Source: Christensenella sp.
Lineage (GTDB): Bacteria; Bacillota; Clostridia; Christensenellales; UBA3700
Assembly (NCBI GenBank): GCA_022784465.1
Contig: JALFUR010000008.1
Coordinates: 3,349-67,348, forward strand
Length of the DNA: 64,000 bases
Reading direction: 5' to 3'
The notes under the pieces were generated by a model, which saw nothing but the letters and a program-made list of their open reading frames with translations, had not been told where the DNA came from and ran no database searches. The first letter of the stretch is position 1, and each line of letters begins with the position of its first letter. The position numbers and the translations under genes are program-made. Shown here piece after piece: positions 1 to 11,069 of the stretch.

Positions 1-408
1 ATAATCCGTATAAGCTAAATCGTTATCTATTGTTCCAGGAATACCTATAACTTTTACGCCAAACATTTCATATAAATCTTTAGCTCCTCTATAGCTTCCA
101 TCTCCTCCGATAACAACTAGTCCTTCTATTTCATAAGCATCTAGATTATCTGCAGCAATTTGAATATATTCTTTTTCTTTAAATTCTGGACAACGAGAAG
201 TCTTTAGGATTGTACCTCCTCTTTGAATAATATCTGAAACAGATCTTTTATTCATTTGGAAAATTTTATTGTTTACTAAACCAGTATATCCTCTTTCTAC
301 GCCATATACTTCAAGTCCACTATTTATTGCATATCTTGTTACGGCTCTAACACAAGCATTCATTCCTGGTGCATCGCCACCACTCGTTAATACAGCAATC
401 TTTTTCAT
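1..408 (-). CDS. pfkA: ATP-dependent 6-phosphofructokinase, N-terminal part (runs off the left edge; not in the ORF track)
   Basis: Manual translation from ATG at 408: [23 protein letters not shown]...GGTILKTSR...VVIGGDGS...GIPGTIDND, all PfkA motifs; lies downstream of dnaE as in many Firmicutes. Confidence 0.95.
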   Translation of the reverse strand, partial: MKKIAVLTSGGDAPGMNACVRAVTRYAINSGLEVYGVERGYTGLVNNKIFQMNKRSVSDIIQRGGTILKTSRCPEFKEKEYIQIAADNLDAYEIEGLVVIGGDGSYRGAKDLYEMFGVKVIGIPGTIDNDLAYTDY

Positions 409-532
409 TTTTTGCTCGTATAATACATTTTAGATTTAACTAGATCAATCATCTTAGTTAGATGTATTATTTTCTAACTCGCGAATATTATAGTATATTA
501 TTTAAAAAAGTTACTAATTATTTTAATAATTT

Positions 533-3500
533 TTAATTATTAATTACAACTTTTACTTTATCCCTACCAAAAGTGTCAATTATCATCATTTCTATAGCAT
601 CATCGACATTTATGGTATTAGGATAACTATACAATTTCTTTCTATATTGTATTTTAATGATATCGTTTCCCGTATTTCTTGCACCAACGATATGATACAA
701 TCTGTTATTTAAAATCTCAAGTTTATCATCATCTGGGCACAAAATATAAACAGTTTTAGATGATTTAATTTCTTCTTTTTTCTCCACAGCGTTTTCATTT
801 TTATCAAGCAAACTAATTCTAGAAACACCTATGCTTACTTGCCCTTCCTTGAAATTCAATCTTCCTGTAATATCTACAACAATATCATTTTTTAAGAAAG
901 ACTTACATGCTTCATAGGTAGATGCGAACATAACAACCTCAACAGTACCATATAAATCCATAAACTTTGCTGTCGCCATAATAGAACCTGATTTAGTTTT
1001 TTTCTTTATAACGTCATCTAAAAGTCCTGCTATTCTAATTGTTTTGCCGTCATATTCACGTATTATTTCCTCTTTTTCTAAAGAATCTTCGATATCTTCA
1101 CTCTCTTCATCTTCTTCTGAATCATCGCCACTAGACAAAGCTGCAGCAATATCTCCCAAATTAAATGTGAATTCTTTTAATTCTTCCTCATATTCCTCAA
1201 GTGGATGACCGGACATATAAGTGTTTAACACTTCTTTCTCCATCGAAAGTAATTCAAGTTTATCAAACTCTTTTCTCTCAATTAGTTTCTCTTCTTGTTC
1301 TTCTTGCATAAAGTCAAAGAAAGATAATTGGCCTGATTCTTTGTTCTTAATATCGTTGTTTGCTCTTGATAATACTCTTGGATAATTATCAATAATTGTT
1401 GCGCGAGTATGTTTAAAGCAATCCATTGCTCCTGCCTTAGCAAAATTTTCTATTGTTGTTTTATTTGCAGCACCAGAAGCGCAGTTTCTTTCACAAAAAT
1501 CTGTTAAAGACTTATAATCTCCATTTGCTTTTCTTTCTTTAACAATATCATCTGCAACTTGAATACCAATATTCTTTATGGCAATTAATCCAAATCTAAT
1601 CTTACCATTTTCAACTTTAAATAAAGCTTCACTCTTATTAATATCAGCTGGCAAAATTTCAACACCATATTTTTTTGCAAGAGATATGTATTTAAGCAAT
1701 TTATCCGTTTTTGTAATTCTATTATTCAAAATAGCGCATACAAGTTCAACTAAATGGTGACGCTTTAGATATGCTGTTTGATATGCAACGTGTGCATACG
1801 CAGCAGCATGCGACTTGTTGAAAGCATATGTGGCGAACTTTTCCATAGCGTCAAACGTCTTTGTAGCAGCTTCTTCGTCAATACCTCTTTCTTTTGTTCC
1901 TTGCATGAATTTGCCTCTTTCTTTAGCCATAACTTCAGGTTTTTTCTTACCCATAGCACGTCTAAGCATATCGGCTTCTCCAAGCGTATATCCCGCCATA
2001 ACACGAGCTGCATTCATAACCTGTTCTTGGTAAACGAAAAATCCGTAAGTGCTATTTAAAATTGGAGCTAAACTCTCATGATAAAGTGTCACTTTTGAAG
2101 GATCATTTCTTGCTGCAAGATACGCATCAATATTATCCATTGGTCCAGGTCTATACATTGAGATACCTAAAATTAAATCTTCAATATTATTAGGATGCAG
2201 TTTAGTCATAAACCCTCTCATACCGCCTGAATCTAATTGGAATACAAAGTCTGTATCTCCTTGCGAAATCATTTCATAAACGCTTTTATCATCTACGCCT
2301 ATTTTGTCAAAATCTATTACTTCACCAGTTTGTTCCTTTACATACTTTATTGCGTGGTGAATATCTGTTAAAGTAATCAAGCCTAAAAAGTCCATCTTTA
2401 ATAGGCCCAAAGCTTCTGTTTCTGTCTTTTGGAATTGTGTGATTACATCAACTTTATCTTTTTTCTTTTGAATAAGAAGTGGACAAGCGTTGATAACCTC
2501 CGTATCGCAAATAACAACACCTGCAGCGTGCATGGAAATATTCTTAGGCATTTCTTCAAGTTTCTTTGCCATATCAACAACTTCTTTTATTTCAGGTATT
2601 GTATTATACGCTTCTATAAAATCTGGTATGCCAGGGATATCATCGCCGTCTTTATTCTTTGCATTTCCAAGTGCTAAATCAATTGTTAATTTAGGATCTG
2701 TTGGAAGCATTTTTAAAACCTTATTTACCAAATCTAAAGGCACATCATATACTCTAGCCACATCACGTATTGCGTTTTTTGCCTTTAAGGTTCCTAAAGT
2801 AAGAATTTGACATACCTTATCTCTGCCATATTTATTAACTACATAATCTATTACTTCGCCTCTTCTTTCTGTACAAATATCTATATCAAAATCTGGAGGA
2901 GAGTTTCTTTGTGGATTTAAAAATCTTTCAAACAAAAGATCAAATCTTAATGGTTCAACGTTAGTAATACCAATTGCATATGCAACAATTGATCCAACAC
3001 CGGAACCACGCCCAGGACCAATTGGAATATCGTTTTCTCTTGACCAATTTATAAAATCCCAAACCACAAGATAATACGAATCAAATCCTTTAGTATGTAT
3101 AACATTTAATTCCATATCGGCTCTTTCTCTTATTTCTTGGCTATAGTTTTCTCCATATCTTCTTATAAGCCCTTCATCAGTTAATTTTCTTAAATAAGAT
3201 TCTGGTGTATATCCTTGTGGTGGCACATAAGTTGGATATAACTTTTCAATTTGATTTTCAATAAATCCAAGGCCTTTGCATTTTTCCATTATCTCTACAG
3301 TATTTGTCAAAGCTTCTGGAATCCAAGAGAATATTTGTTGCATTTCTTCGTAGCTTTTTAAGTAAAACTCTTCAGAATCAAACTTCATTCTTCTCTCATC
3401 AGACAATCTAGCTCCAGTTTGAATACAAAGCATTACATCGTGCGCTTGAGCATCAGATTTTTTAATATAGTGTACGTCATTTGTTGCAACGACTTTTGCT

Positions 3501-4165
3501 CCAATTTCTTTTGCCAATTTAGCAAGTAGTGGCAATATTTGTCTTTCTTCTTGAATCCCATGATCTTGCAACTCAATATAGAAATCTTCCTTGCCAAAAA
3601 TCTCTTGCAACTGCAAAGCATACTCTTTTGCTTTTTCATATTCATTGTGAAGTAAAAACTGCGGTATAACACCAGCCAAACATGCAGAAAGGCATACTAG
3701 TCCTTCGCTATGTTGTCTAATTGTCTTTAAATCTATACGTGGCTTACCATAATAACCTTCTATATAAGATAGGCTGGTAAGTTTCATCAAATTGTTCAAT
3801 CCCTCTTGTGATTTTGCAAGCAAGACTAAATGGTTATAATCATATCTTCTTGTAGAATCTTGTTTACTCATGTCGTCAACAGTGTAAAACTCATTGCCGT
3901 AAATCACATTAAATTCTCTATCTTTTGGTATTAATTTTTTAAACGCTTTTAATGTTGAATATGCAGTAAAAGAGGCCATCATATTACCATGATCAGTAAT
4001 TGCAACACCTGGCATTCCTAACCTTAAGCACTCGTCAAAAAGTGGCGAAACGCTGCCATGCAACAAACGTGCTGCTCCGTCAAGTAAACTATACTCAGTG
4101 TGCACATGTAAATGCACAAATGGAACTTTTTCTCCTGGTTCTACTTTTGTAGTTAAATCTGCCAT
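533..4165 (-). CDS. dnaE: DNA polymerase III alpha subunit
   Basis: PHP domain HLHVHTEYSLLDG/TDHG, GPGRGS, PDFDID catalytic motif, HAAGVVI, YAFNKSHAAAY, C-terminal OB fold. Confidence 0.97.
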   Translation of the reverse strand: MADLTTKVEPGEKVPFVHLHVHTEYSLLDGAARLLHGSVSPLFDECLRLGMPGVAITDHGNMMASFTAYSTLKAFKKLIPKDREFNVIYGNEFYTVDDMSKQDSTRRYDYNHLVLLAKSQEGLNNLMKLTSLSYIEGYYGKPRIDLKTIRQHSEGLVCLSACLAGVIPQFLLHNEYEKAKEYALQLQEIFGKEDFYIELQDHGIQEERQILPLLAKLAKEIGAKVVATNDVHYIKKSDAQAHDVMLCIQTGARLSDERRMKFDSEEFYLKSYEEMQQIFSWIPEALTNTVEIMEKCKGLGFIENQIEKLYPTYVPPQGYTPESYLRKLTDEGLIRRYGENYSQEIRERADMELNVIHTKGFDSYYLVVWDFINWSRENDIPIGPGRGSGVGSIVAYAIGITNVEPLRFDLLFERFLNPQRNSPPDFDIDICTERRGEVIDYVVNKYGRDKVCQILTLGTLKAKNAIRDVARVYDVPLDLVNKVLKMLPTDPKLTIDLALGNAKNKDGDDIPGIPDFIEAYNTIPEIKEVVDMAKKLEEMPKNISMHAAGVVICDTEVINACPLLIQKKKDKVDVITQFQKTETEALGLLKMDFLGLITLTDIHHAIKYVKEQTGEVIDFDKIGVDDKSVYEMISQGDTDFVFQLDSGGMRGFMTKLHPNNIEDLILGISMYRPGPMDNIDAYLAARNDPSKVTLYHESLAPILNSTYGFFVYQEQVMNAARVMAGYTLGEADMLRRAMGKKKPEVMAKERGKFMQGTKERGIDEEAATKTFDAMEKFATYAFNKSHAAAYAHVAYQTAYLKRHHLVELVCAILNNRITKTDKLLKYISLAKKYGVEILPADINKSEALFKVENGKIRFGLIAIKNIGIQVADDIVKERKANGDYKSLTDFCERNCASGAANKTTIENFAKAGAMDCFKHTRATIIDNYPRVLSRANNDIKNKESGQLSFFDFMQEEQEEKLIERKEFDKLELLSMEKEVLNTYMSGHPLEEYEEELKEFTFNLGDIAAALSSGDDSEEDEESEDIEDSLEKEEIIREYDGKTIRIAGLLDDVIKKKTKSGSIMATAKFMDLYGTVEVVMFASTYEACKSFLKNDIVVDITGRLNFKEGQVSIGVSRISLLDKNENAVEKKEEIKSSKTVYILCPDDDKLEILNNRLYHIVGARNTGNDIIKIQYRKKLYSYPNTINVDDAIEMMIIDTFGRDKVKVVINN

Positions 4166-4171
4166 AACTAT

Positions 4172-5113
4172 TTATCCCTCTATTTCTTCTGCCATTTTTT
4201 CAATTTTCTTTAGCGCTCTATTTAATGAACTTTTTGTTATATTAAGTTTTTTACTTAAAACGCTCATACTTGATTGTTTATCTTCAAGTCTTGCTCTGCA
4301 TACCATTGCAGTTTTTTCATCAAGTTTATCATATCCAAAATGGGCTATTACTTTTTCAATCAATTCTATGTATTTTATATTAGCACTCATTGTTTTATCC
4401 ACATTTGATGCCATAATATTTGATGTTCTATTTAATTTATTATTAACTTCTCTTTCTACGTTTACTTCACTTAATTTTATAACGCTTTTCATTGCTTTTA
4501 AAAAAGCTAGAATATCTTGAACGTGTTCTGAAGACTTTGTATAAAGCGCATAGGTCGTTTCTCTATCTATATAAGATAAATTTAAATTACACTCTTCTAG
4601 TTTTTTCTTCAAACAAAGCGCATAATTTTCTTCTGTAAAAGATAATTCTAAATGGTATCCACGCTCTTGTTCAATCCCTCCTGGAAAGTACACGCTTCCT
4701 ACACTTACAAACACGCCTTGCATATAGCTTTGCACTTTTGCATAATTTGTCATTGATTCTATATATGAGCAGTTATCATCGACAATATATTTATCGTTTT
4801 CAAAATGTGACAAATGCATTTGATGTAACATATCATTAGCTTTTTTGCCTTCAACAATAAGTGAACACAAATTACTGTCCGAGGAAGAAAAATTAATTTC
4901 AACATCAATGTTAAACAATTCTTTTATTAAATCACATATCTTTAGAGCAATTTGTCTTGTTTTACATTCATATACTAAAGAAAAAGTGTGACCCTTATAT
5001 AGTTCGATTGAACCCATAAGCTTTGTCACAGCGGTCAAAAAAGACAATTCATCTTGTTTGTCTTTTCCTACTTCTTGCAATATTTCTTCAATAGTATCTT
5101 CAGTATAATTCAT
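4172..5113 (-). CDS. whiA: DNA-binding protein WhiA
   Basis: 313 aa; GVFVSVGSV..P...YHLE, REVNNKLNRTSN..ASNVDKT, C-terminal HTH (ITKSSLNRALKKI); upstream of dnaE. Confidence 0.88.
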   Translation of the reverse strand: MNYTEDTIEEILQEVGKDKQDELSFLTAVTKLMGSIELYKGHTFSLVYECKTRQIALKICDLIKELFNIDVEINFSSSDSNLCSLIVEGKKANDMLHQMHLSHFENDKYIVDDNCSYIESMTNYAKVQSYMQGVFVSVGSVYFPGGIEQERGYHLELSFTEENYALCLKKKLEECNLNLSYIDRETTYALYTKSSEHVQDILAFLKAMKSVIKLSEVNVEREVNNKLNRTSNIMASNVDKTMSANIKYIELIEKVIAHFGYDKLDEKTAMVCRARLEDKQSSMSVLSKKLNITKSSLNRALKKIEKMAEEIEG

Positions 5114-5865
5114 TATTGTTTAGACCTTAAGACAAGAGGCTTGTCCCCTATATTTATTACTCTATCCTCGATTTTATATTCTTCTACCAACTTTAGGGCA
5201 TAATCACACTGTCCAATTTGTTCAATTTTATGCGCATCAGAGTTCACGATAAAATTGCAACAAGTAGAAAGTAATTCTTCTAATCCTTGCTTATTTGGAA
5301 CTGAGTGACGAGTAGAGATTTCTACGTATGTTCCATAATCCGAGCATACTTTTCCTATTTCTCTATAATCCACTAAAAGATTAAATCCTGGATGTGTCAC
5401 AACATCGATTTTATAGTTTTTTATCATGTTTATAAATGCTTTAGTATTTTTCTTTTTTTGAGCGCTTGAACATATTCCTGCGTTTCCAAACATTGCTGGA
5501 AGAACCATATTAAACATTGGTGCAATGCTACGCTTTGTTGCAGATAAATGGTATCCGCATAATATGATATCCATTTCTTGTTCTTGCTCTTTAGTTAAAT
5601 CGACCTCGCCATCCATTGTGATCAAGTTTGCTTCAACCCCTAAAAGGACTTTTATGTCTTTTTCATTAAGATTCTGCACTTGAAGTTTCATTTCCTCAAA
5701 AGATTTTGGTGTTAAACCTGCAAAAGGCTGGCCAAACCCATGATCAGTAATAGCAATAGCTTTAAGACCTAACTGTTTTGCTCTATTAACATTTTCAGCA
5801 ATAGTTCCCTTTCCATGAGAAAACACTGTATGAGTATGGTAATCTGCATTAATTGATAAAGACAT
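5113..5865 (-). CDS. PHP-domain phosphoesterase
   Basis: DYHTHT..SHG, AITDHG, GVEAN, HPG, NSDAH metal-binding motifs; stop codon overlaps the whiA start (TAATG). Confidence 0.9.
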   Translation of the reverse strand: MSLSINADYHTHTVFSHGKGTIAENVNRAKQLGLKAIAITDHGFGQPFAGLTPKSFEEMKLQVQNLNEKDIKVLLGVEANLITMDGEVDLTKEQEQEMDIILCGYHLSATKRSIAPMFNMVLPAMFGNAGICSSAQKKKNTKAFINMIKNYKIDVVTHPGFNLLVDYREIGKVCSDYGTYVEISTRHSVPNKQGLEELLSTCCNFIVNSDAHKIEQIGQCDYALKLVEEYKIEDRVINIGDKPLVLRSKQ

Positions 5866-5884
5866 CTTTTCCTTTTATTAATCT

Positions 5885-6760
5885 TTAGATTAATATTACT
5901 TCATATTGTAATCGAACCTTAAACTCCTTGTCAACCTTGCTTTGTGCTAGATTAGCAAGCGTTATAAAATCCGTGCTTGTAGCCCCTCCAAGATTAATTA
6001 TAAAATTTGCATGTTTATTAGATATCATGGCATTACCTACTTGCATTCCTTTAAGTCCAGCCTTTTCGATATAATAACCTGCGGAAATGTCGTTTGCCTT
6101 TTTAAATACACTCCCAAGTGATGCTTGTGCTGGCTGTAATTTTTTTCTAAAATCCATATATTTATTCATTCTTGCTTGAACAGCAAGTTTGTTATCTTCT
6201 TTAAGTTTAAGCATTACACCAAATACAACGATCTTTGTTTCTAAAATTTTTGAATGTCTATATGAGTATAATAAATCTGCGCATTTTACTTGTTCATATT
6301 TTCCGTCAATTAATATGTCTACAAAATCTATTAAGTCGCATATTTCTCGATTAAATGCTCCTGCATTCATAGCAACAGCACCGCCTATAGTTCCTGGAAT
6401 TCCTATTAATTCCTCTATACCAGACAAGCCTTCTTCCTTTGCTAAAGATACAATTTTAGATAATAAAGCTCCTGCTTCGGAGTATATACAATTATTTATT
6501 TTTGCGCACCTGTTTATACTTTTTGTACAAATAAAAGCACCCTTATATCCTGAATCGCTAATCAATATATTGCTACAATTACCAACAATAGTATAAGGAA
6601 TACAAATATTATCTAACTCTTGTATAATATTTTTTATTGAATGAGTTTCTTGCGGGTAAATTACATAGCGAATTTTTCCACCGCTTTGAAATAGCGATAG
6701 GGATTTTTGATTATATTTGATTGAGCAATTAAAACGTTTAAAATAATCAATATACTGCAC
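5885..6760 (-). CDS. murB: UDP-N-acetylenolpyruvoylglucosamine reductase
   Basis: GNCSNIL, GIPGTIGGAVAMNAGA, YRHS, QP...SLGSVFK, KHANFIIN; GTG start. Confidence 0.93.
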   Translation of the reverse strand: MQYIDYFKRFNCSIKYNQKSLSLFQSGGKIRYVIYPQETHSIKNIIQELDNICIPYTIVGNCSNILISDSGYKGAFICTKSINRCAKINNCIYSEAGALLSKIVSLAKEEGLSGIEELIGIPGTIGGAVAMNAGAFNREICDLIDFVDILIDGKYEQVKCADLLYSYRHSKILETKIVVFGVMLKLKEDNKLAVQARMNKYMDFRKKLQPAQASLGSVFKKANDISAGYYIEKAGLKGMQVGNAMISNKHANFIINLGGATSTDFITLANLAQSKVDKEFKVRLQYEVILI

Positions 6761-6790
6761 AATAAAAATTATGCAATTGCAAAATAAATA

Positions 6791-8599
6791 TTACTTTTTT
6801 CTTAAAATATATACTTCAAGTGGATCTATAACTATTCTTTTATCATTAAATACTCGTCTTGATAATAAATCAACATATTCGCCATCAAGTAAATACGATG
6901 CTCTAATTTCTCCGCTGTTAGCAAGAAGGATAATTGAACTATCATTATTCTTTCTTTCTATAATTAGATAATCATCTTCTTTTATATTGATATCGCCAAG
7001 AATTTCTTCTTTATATTTCTTTCTAATCTCTCCTAAAGCCTTATAGTGTGACAATAGTTCATTGTTAATTGCATCCCACTTCATTGTTTGTCTATTTAAT
7101 GGGTCTTCAAAACCTTGCATTCCTATTTCATCACCATAATAAACAGATGGGATTCCTGGAAGTATGTACTGTATAGAGGAAGCAATCTTCATTCTTTTAA
7201 TAGCAGTTTTTAAACATCTATCATTTAGCACGTAATTTTGTCTTTCTTCTTTTGATTGAGGTACATACTCGCATCCAAGTGCAGTTAAAGCTCTTACTGT
7301 ATCATGAGTGCCAATTAAATTCATTGAAACATCAAGCGATTGTTTTGGGTAATGTTCAACAATTGAATCTATACTCTTTTTAAAATCAATTGCACTTCCG
7401 CCTAAAGTGTAGTTTAATATTGCATCTTTAAAAACATAATTCATAACGCCGTCTAATTCTTCGCCTTGGAAATAATGTCTTCTGTACTCATAAGCAATTT
7501 TATTAGAAGCATCTTCCCATACTTCCCCAATTATCACAGCGTTTTTGTCACATTTTTTTATGGTTTTTCTTATTTCTTTTACGAATATCTCTTGAAGTTC
7601 ATCTACAACATCAAGTCTCCAACCTTTTACGCCCATGCTTGTCCATTTCTTAATAACGCCATTTATAGGATTCGTTATTAAATCTCTAAATCCATTTGGC
7701 ACAGGTTTAATTGTTGGGCACACTGTGACGCCCCACCAACAATGATAATTATCTGGAAAATCATAAAATGTATACCAATTATAATATGGACTTTGTTGTG
7801 ACTGATAAGCGCCTATTGAATTGTATGTATTAAATTTATTGAAATATAAGCTATCCGCTCCTGTGTGATTAAATACTCCATCAAGCATAATTGATATGCC
7901 TTTTTCTTTTGCTTTATCAATTAGTTCTTTAAATTTTTCTTCATCTCCAAGAAGTTCATCAAGCATATGATAATCTCCTGTATCATATCTATGATTAGAA
8001 GATGATTTAAAAATTGGAGATAGATAAATCATATTTACATTTAATGATTTTAAATAATCTAATTTATCTATTATTCCTTGGAAATTACCACCATAAAAAT
8101 CGTTGGCTCTATATACTCCATCCGTGTCTTTAAGTGTTAGTGGGTCATTCCAATTTTTTAATACGCCCTTTTTATTAAAGACAGCTTTTGGGTCATTTCC
8201 TTTATTGAATCTATCTACAAAGATGTGATATATAATACCGCCTTTTATATCATTTGGGGTATTGTAATCTTGATCAAAAATAGTTAATTGAAAACCTTTG
8301 TTATCATCATCGAATCTTATATCGCCTTCTTCTGTTGATAAATTAAAATGATACCAATAAAGTCCTACATCTAAATCATTCACCTCTACATTAAAACACG
8401 AATATCCATCTTTTGAATTAACATAATTTAAAGGATAGTCAACATATTCGTCACGTTCATCAAAATAAACACGCAATGTAATATTGTTGACAAAAACCCC
8501 ATCTTTACAATAAATGCTAAATGATACGGTCTCGTTATTTGAGACCGCACCAAATGGCGATTTGCATTTTAAATCGTGTGGATTGAAATAGATTTCCAT
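6791..8599 (-). CDS. GH13 neopullulanase/amylopullulanase-like glycosidase (probable glycogen degradation)
   Basis: SNHRYDT, DGVFNH, GWRLDV, GEVW, GTHDT GH13 regions; last gene of the glg operon. Confidence 0.9.
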   Translation of the reverse strand: MEIYFNPHDLKCKSPFGAVSNNETVSFSIYCKDGVFVNNITLRVYFDERDEYVDYPLNYVNSKDGYSCFNVEVNDLDVGLYWYHFNLSTEEGDIRFDDDNKGFQLTIFDQDYNTPNDIKGGIIYHIFVDRFNKGNDPKAVFNKKGVLKNWNDPLTLKDTDGVYRANDFYGGNFQGIIDKLDYLKSLNVNMIYLSPIFKSSSNHRYDTGDYHMLDELLGDEEKFKELIDKAKEKGISIMLDGVFNHTGADSLYFNKFNTYNSIGAYQSQQSPYYNWYTFYDFPDNYHCWWGVTVCPTIKPVPNGFRDLITNPINGVIKKWTSMGVKGWRLDVVDELQEIFVKEIRKTIKKCDKNAVIIGEVWEDASNKIAYEYRRHYFQGEELDGVMNYVFKDAILNYTLGGSAIDFKKSIDSIVEHYPKQSLDVSMNLIGTHDTVRALTALGCEYVPQSKEERQNYVLNDRCLKTAIKRMKIASSIQYILPGIPSVYYGDEIGMQGFEDPLNRQTMKWDAINNELLSHYKALGEIRKKYKEEILGDINIKEDDYLIIERKNNDSSIILLANSGEIRASYLLDGEYVDLLSRRVFNDKRIVIDPLEVYILRKK

Positions 8600-8605
8600 G
8601 CTTTT

Positions 8606-11041
8606 CTATTTCTTCTTTTTATTAGTAAATTTAACTGGTTTTAAATGCCAAATTCTATCTACATATTCTTGAACAGCTCTATCTGATGAGAAGAATCCAG
8701 CATTAGCAGTATTCATCAATGACATTCTAGCCCAACGTTCTTTATCTGAATAAGCCTTATCTAATCTGTCTTGTGCATCGCAATAAGATGCAAAATCAGC
8801 AAGAACCTTATAGTGATCAGCATTTCCTAAAATTAAGCTATCAGCAATCTCGTTGAATTGAACTCCAGCGATTCCTGATCTTAATCCATCGATAACAGCT
8901 CTTATTCTTGGATTTGAATGATAATAACTTGAAGCTTCATATCCTCTTCTATTTAATTCATCTACTTCTGAAGCAAGCAATCCAAAAATAAAGATATTTT
9001 CGTCTCCTACTCTTTCGTGAATTTCGATATTTGCTCCATCCATTGTTCCGATTGTAACAGCACCATTAATCATGAATTTCATGTTACCTGTACCTGAAGC
9101 TTCCTTACCTGCAATGGAAATTTGTTCTGAAACATCACTTGCTGGCATAACTATTTCTGCTAAAGATACACGATAGTTTTCTAGGAATACAACCTTAATC
9201 TTTCCTTTTATATCTGGATCGTTATTAATTTGTTCACCCAAACAATAAATTAATCTTATTATTTGTTTTGCCATATAATAACTTGGAGCAGCTTTTGCAC
9301 CAAATATAAATGTTCTTGGATTTATATCTAAATCTGGATTTGCCTTTAATCTATAATATAAATCTAAAATATGAAGAGCATTTAATAGTTGTCTCTTGTA
9401 TTCATGTAATCTCTTAACTTGAACGTCAAATATAGAATCAGGATTTACCTCAACTCCATTGTTTTCTTTGATGTATTGAGCAAGTTTAATTTTGTTTTCT
9501 TTTTTAATCTTAAGAATGTTATCCAAAACTTCTTTATTGCCCTTAAATTGTTCAAGTTTCTTTAATTCGTTAGCATCTTTTAAGAATCCTGGTCCGATAA
9601 GTTTCTTAATGTAATCACTTAGTCCTGGATTTGATTGAGAAAGCCATCTTCTATACGTAATACCATTAGTTACATTTGTAAACTCCATTGGGTGCATTAC
9701 ATAATAGTCATGGAATATATCGTCTTGCAAAATTTTAGAGTGCAATTGAGATACACCATTAATTGTATTTGATGCAGCAAGGCACAAATTAGCCATCTTA
9801 ATTTGATTGAAAGACAATATTGCATTGTATGCAACTTTATTCCAATCATTTGGATAGAATGCCCAAAGTTCATTGCAGAATCTTTGGTTAATTTCACAAA
9901 TAATTTGATAAATTCTTGGCAACAATTGCTTAAACAAATCTTCTGGCCATTTCTCAAGAGCTTCAGCCATAACGGTATGGTTAGTATAAGAAATTGTTCT
10001 TTTTACCATATCCCAAGCTTTATCCCAAGAATAACCATATTCATCTAAAAGCAATCTCATCATTTCAGGAATACACAAAGTTGGGTGTGTATCGTTAATA
10101 TGAATGGCTACCTTATCTGGAAGAGAATCCAAATTTCCATAGTCTCTTAAATGTTTCTTGAATATTGACTGCATAGAAGCAGAAACAAAGAAATATTGTT
10201 GTTTTAAACGTAATTGTTTTCCTTCAATGTGGTGATCTGCTGGATATAAAACTTTACAAATACTTTCAGCTAAAGCTTTTTGTTCAAGGGATTTAACATA
10301 TTCTCCTTGTGAGAATAATTGCATATCAAAATCCATTGGGGCTTTTGCTGACCATAATCTTAGTTTATTAACAGCATCAACGTTATATCCTGATACATTC
10401 ATATCATAAGGAACTGCGTCAACTACATAGCAATTTACATGGTCAATGTATAATCTACCATTTTCCCATCTTTGATTAATTTGTCCACCAAACTTAACTT
10501 GGAAAGTATCTTCCTCTCTTGGTGCTAACCAAACATCACCATTTTGTAGCCAATCATCTGGCAACTCAAGTTGCCAACCATCATTGATTTTTTGTTTAAA
10601 AATACCATAATCGTATTTTATTGAAAAACCACTAGCAACATAATTTAAATTTGTTAATGATTCCATATATGCAGCAGCAAGTCTTCCCAAACCGCCGTTT
10701 CCCAATCCTGCATCAGGTTCAATATCATATATTTCTTCTAAAGTGGTTCCAAAATCTTTGCACACTTTCGCAAAAGTATCTGTTAATCCAAGATTGAACA
10801 AATGGTTCTTTAAAGATCTTCCTAAAAGGAATTCCATAGACATGTAATACACTTGTTTGGTTTCTTGTTCAACTCTTTTTCTTTTGAAAACCAATCGTTT
10901 TTCTGTCAATATGTCTCTTACTGTATAACATATTGCTCTGTATAATTGATGTTTACTACAGTTGTCTACTGTTTTACCAAAGTATCTTTGACATTTATTC
11001 TCAATTATACTTTTCAATTCTGCTTCTGTTATGTGTTCCAT
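8606..11041 (-). CDS. glgP: Glycogen/starch phosphorylase
   Basis: GLGNGGLGRLAA, NDTHP, KRLHEYKRQ, EASGTGNMKF (PLP lysine). Confidence 0.97.
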   Translation of the reverse strand: MEHITEAELKSIIENKCQRYFGKTVDNCSKHQLYRAICYTVRDILTEKRLVFKRKRVEQETKQVYYMSMEFLLGRSLKNHLFNLGLTDTFAKVCKDFGTTLEEIYDIEPDAGLGNGGLGRLAAAYMESLTNLNYVASGFSIKYDYGIFKQKINDGWQLELPDDWLQNGDVWLAPREEDTFQVKFGGQINQRWENGRLYIDHVNCYVVDAVPYDMNVSGYNVDAVNKLRLWSAKAPMDFDMQLFSQGEYVKSLEQKALAESICKVLYPADHHIEGKQLRLKQQYFFVSASMQSIFKKHLRDYGNLDSLPDKVAIHINDTHPTLCIPEMMRLLLDEYGYSWDKAWDMVKRTISYTNHTVMAEALEKWPEDLFKQLLPRIYQIICEINQRFCNELWAFYPNDWNKVAYNAILSFNQIKMANLCLAASNTINGVSQLHSKILQDDIFHDYYVMHPMEFTNVTNGITYRRWLSQSNPGLSDYIKKLIGPGFLKDANELKKLEQFKGNKEVLDNILKIKKENKIKLAQYIKENNGVEVNPDSIFDVQVKRLHEYKRQLLNALHILDLYYRLKANPDLDINPRTFIFGAKAAPSYYMAKQIIRLIYCLGEQINNDPDIKGKIKVVFLENYRVSLAEIVMPASDVSEQISIAGKEASGTGNMKFMINGAVTIGTMDGANIEIHERVGDENIFIFGLLASEVDELNRRGYEASSYYHSNPRIRAVIDGLRSGIAGVQFNEIADSLILGNADHYKVLADFASYCDAQDRLDKAYSDKERWARMSLMNTANAGFFSSDRAVQEYVDRIWHLKPVKFTNKKKK

Positions 11042-11069
11042 AAATATTTAAGCCTACCTTTTTTGTATT

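Noticed and set aside
1075-1135. Acidic stretch in DnaE (DDSEEDEESEDIEDS) as a possible intein or insertion
   Set aside because: Short low-complexity linker before the OB domain with no intein motifs; the overall length is normal for DnaE
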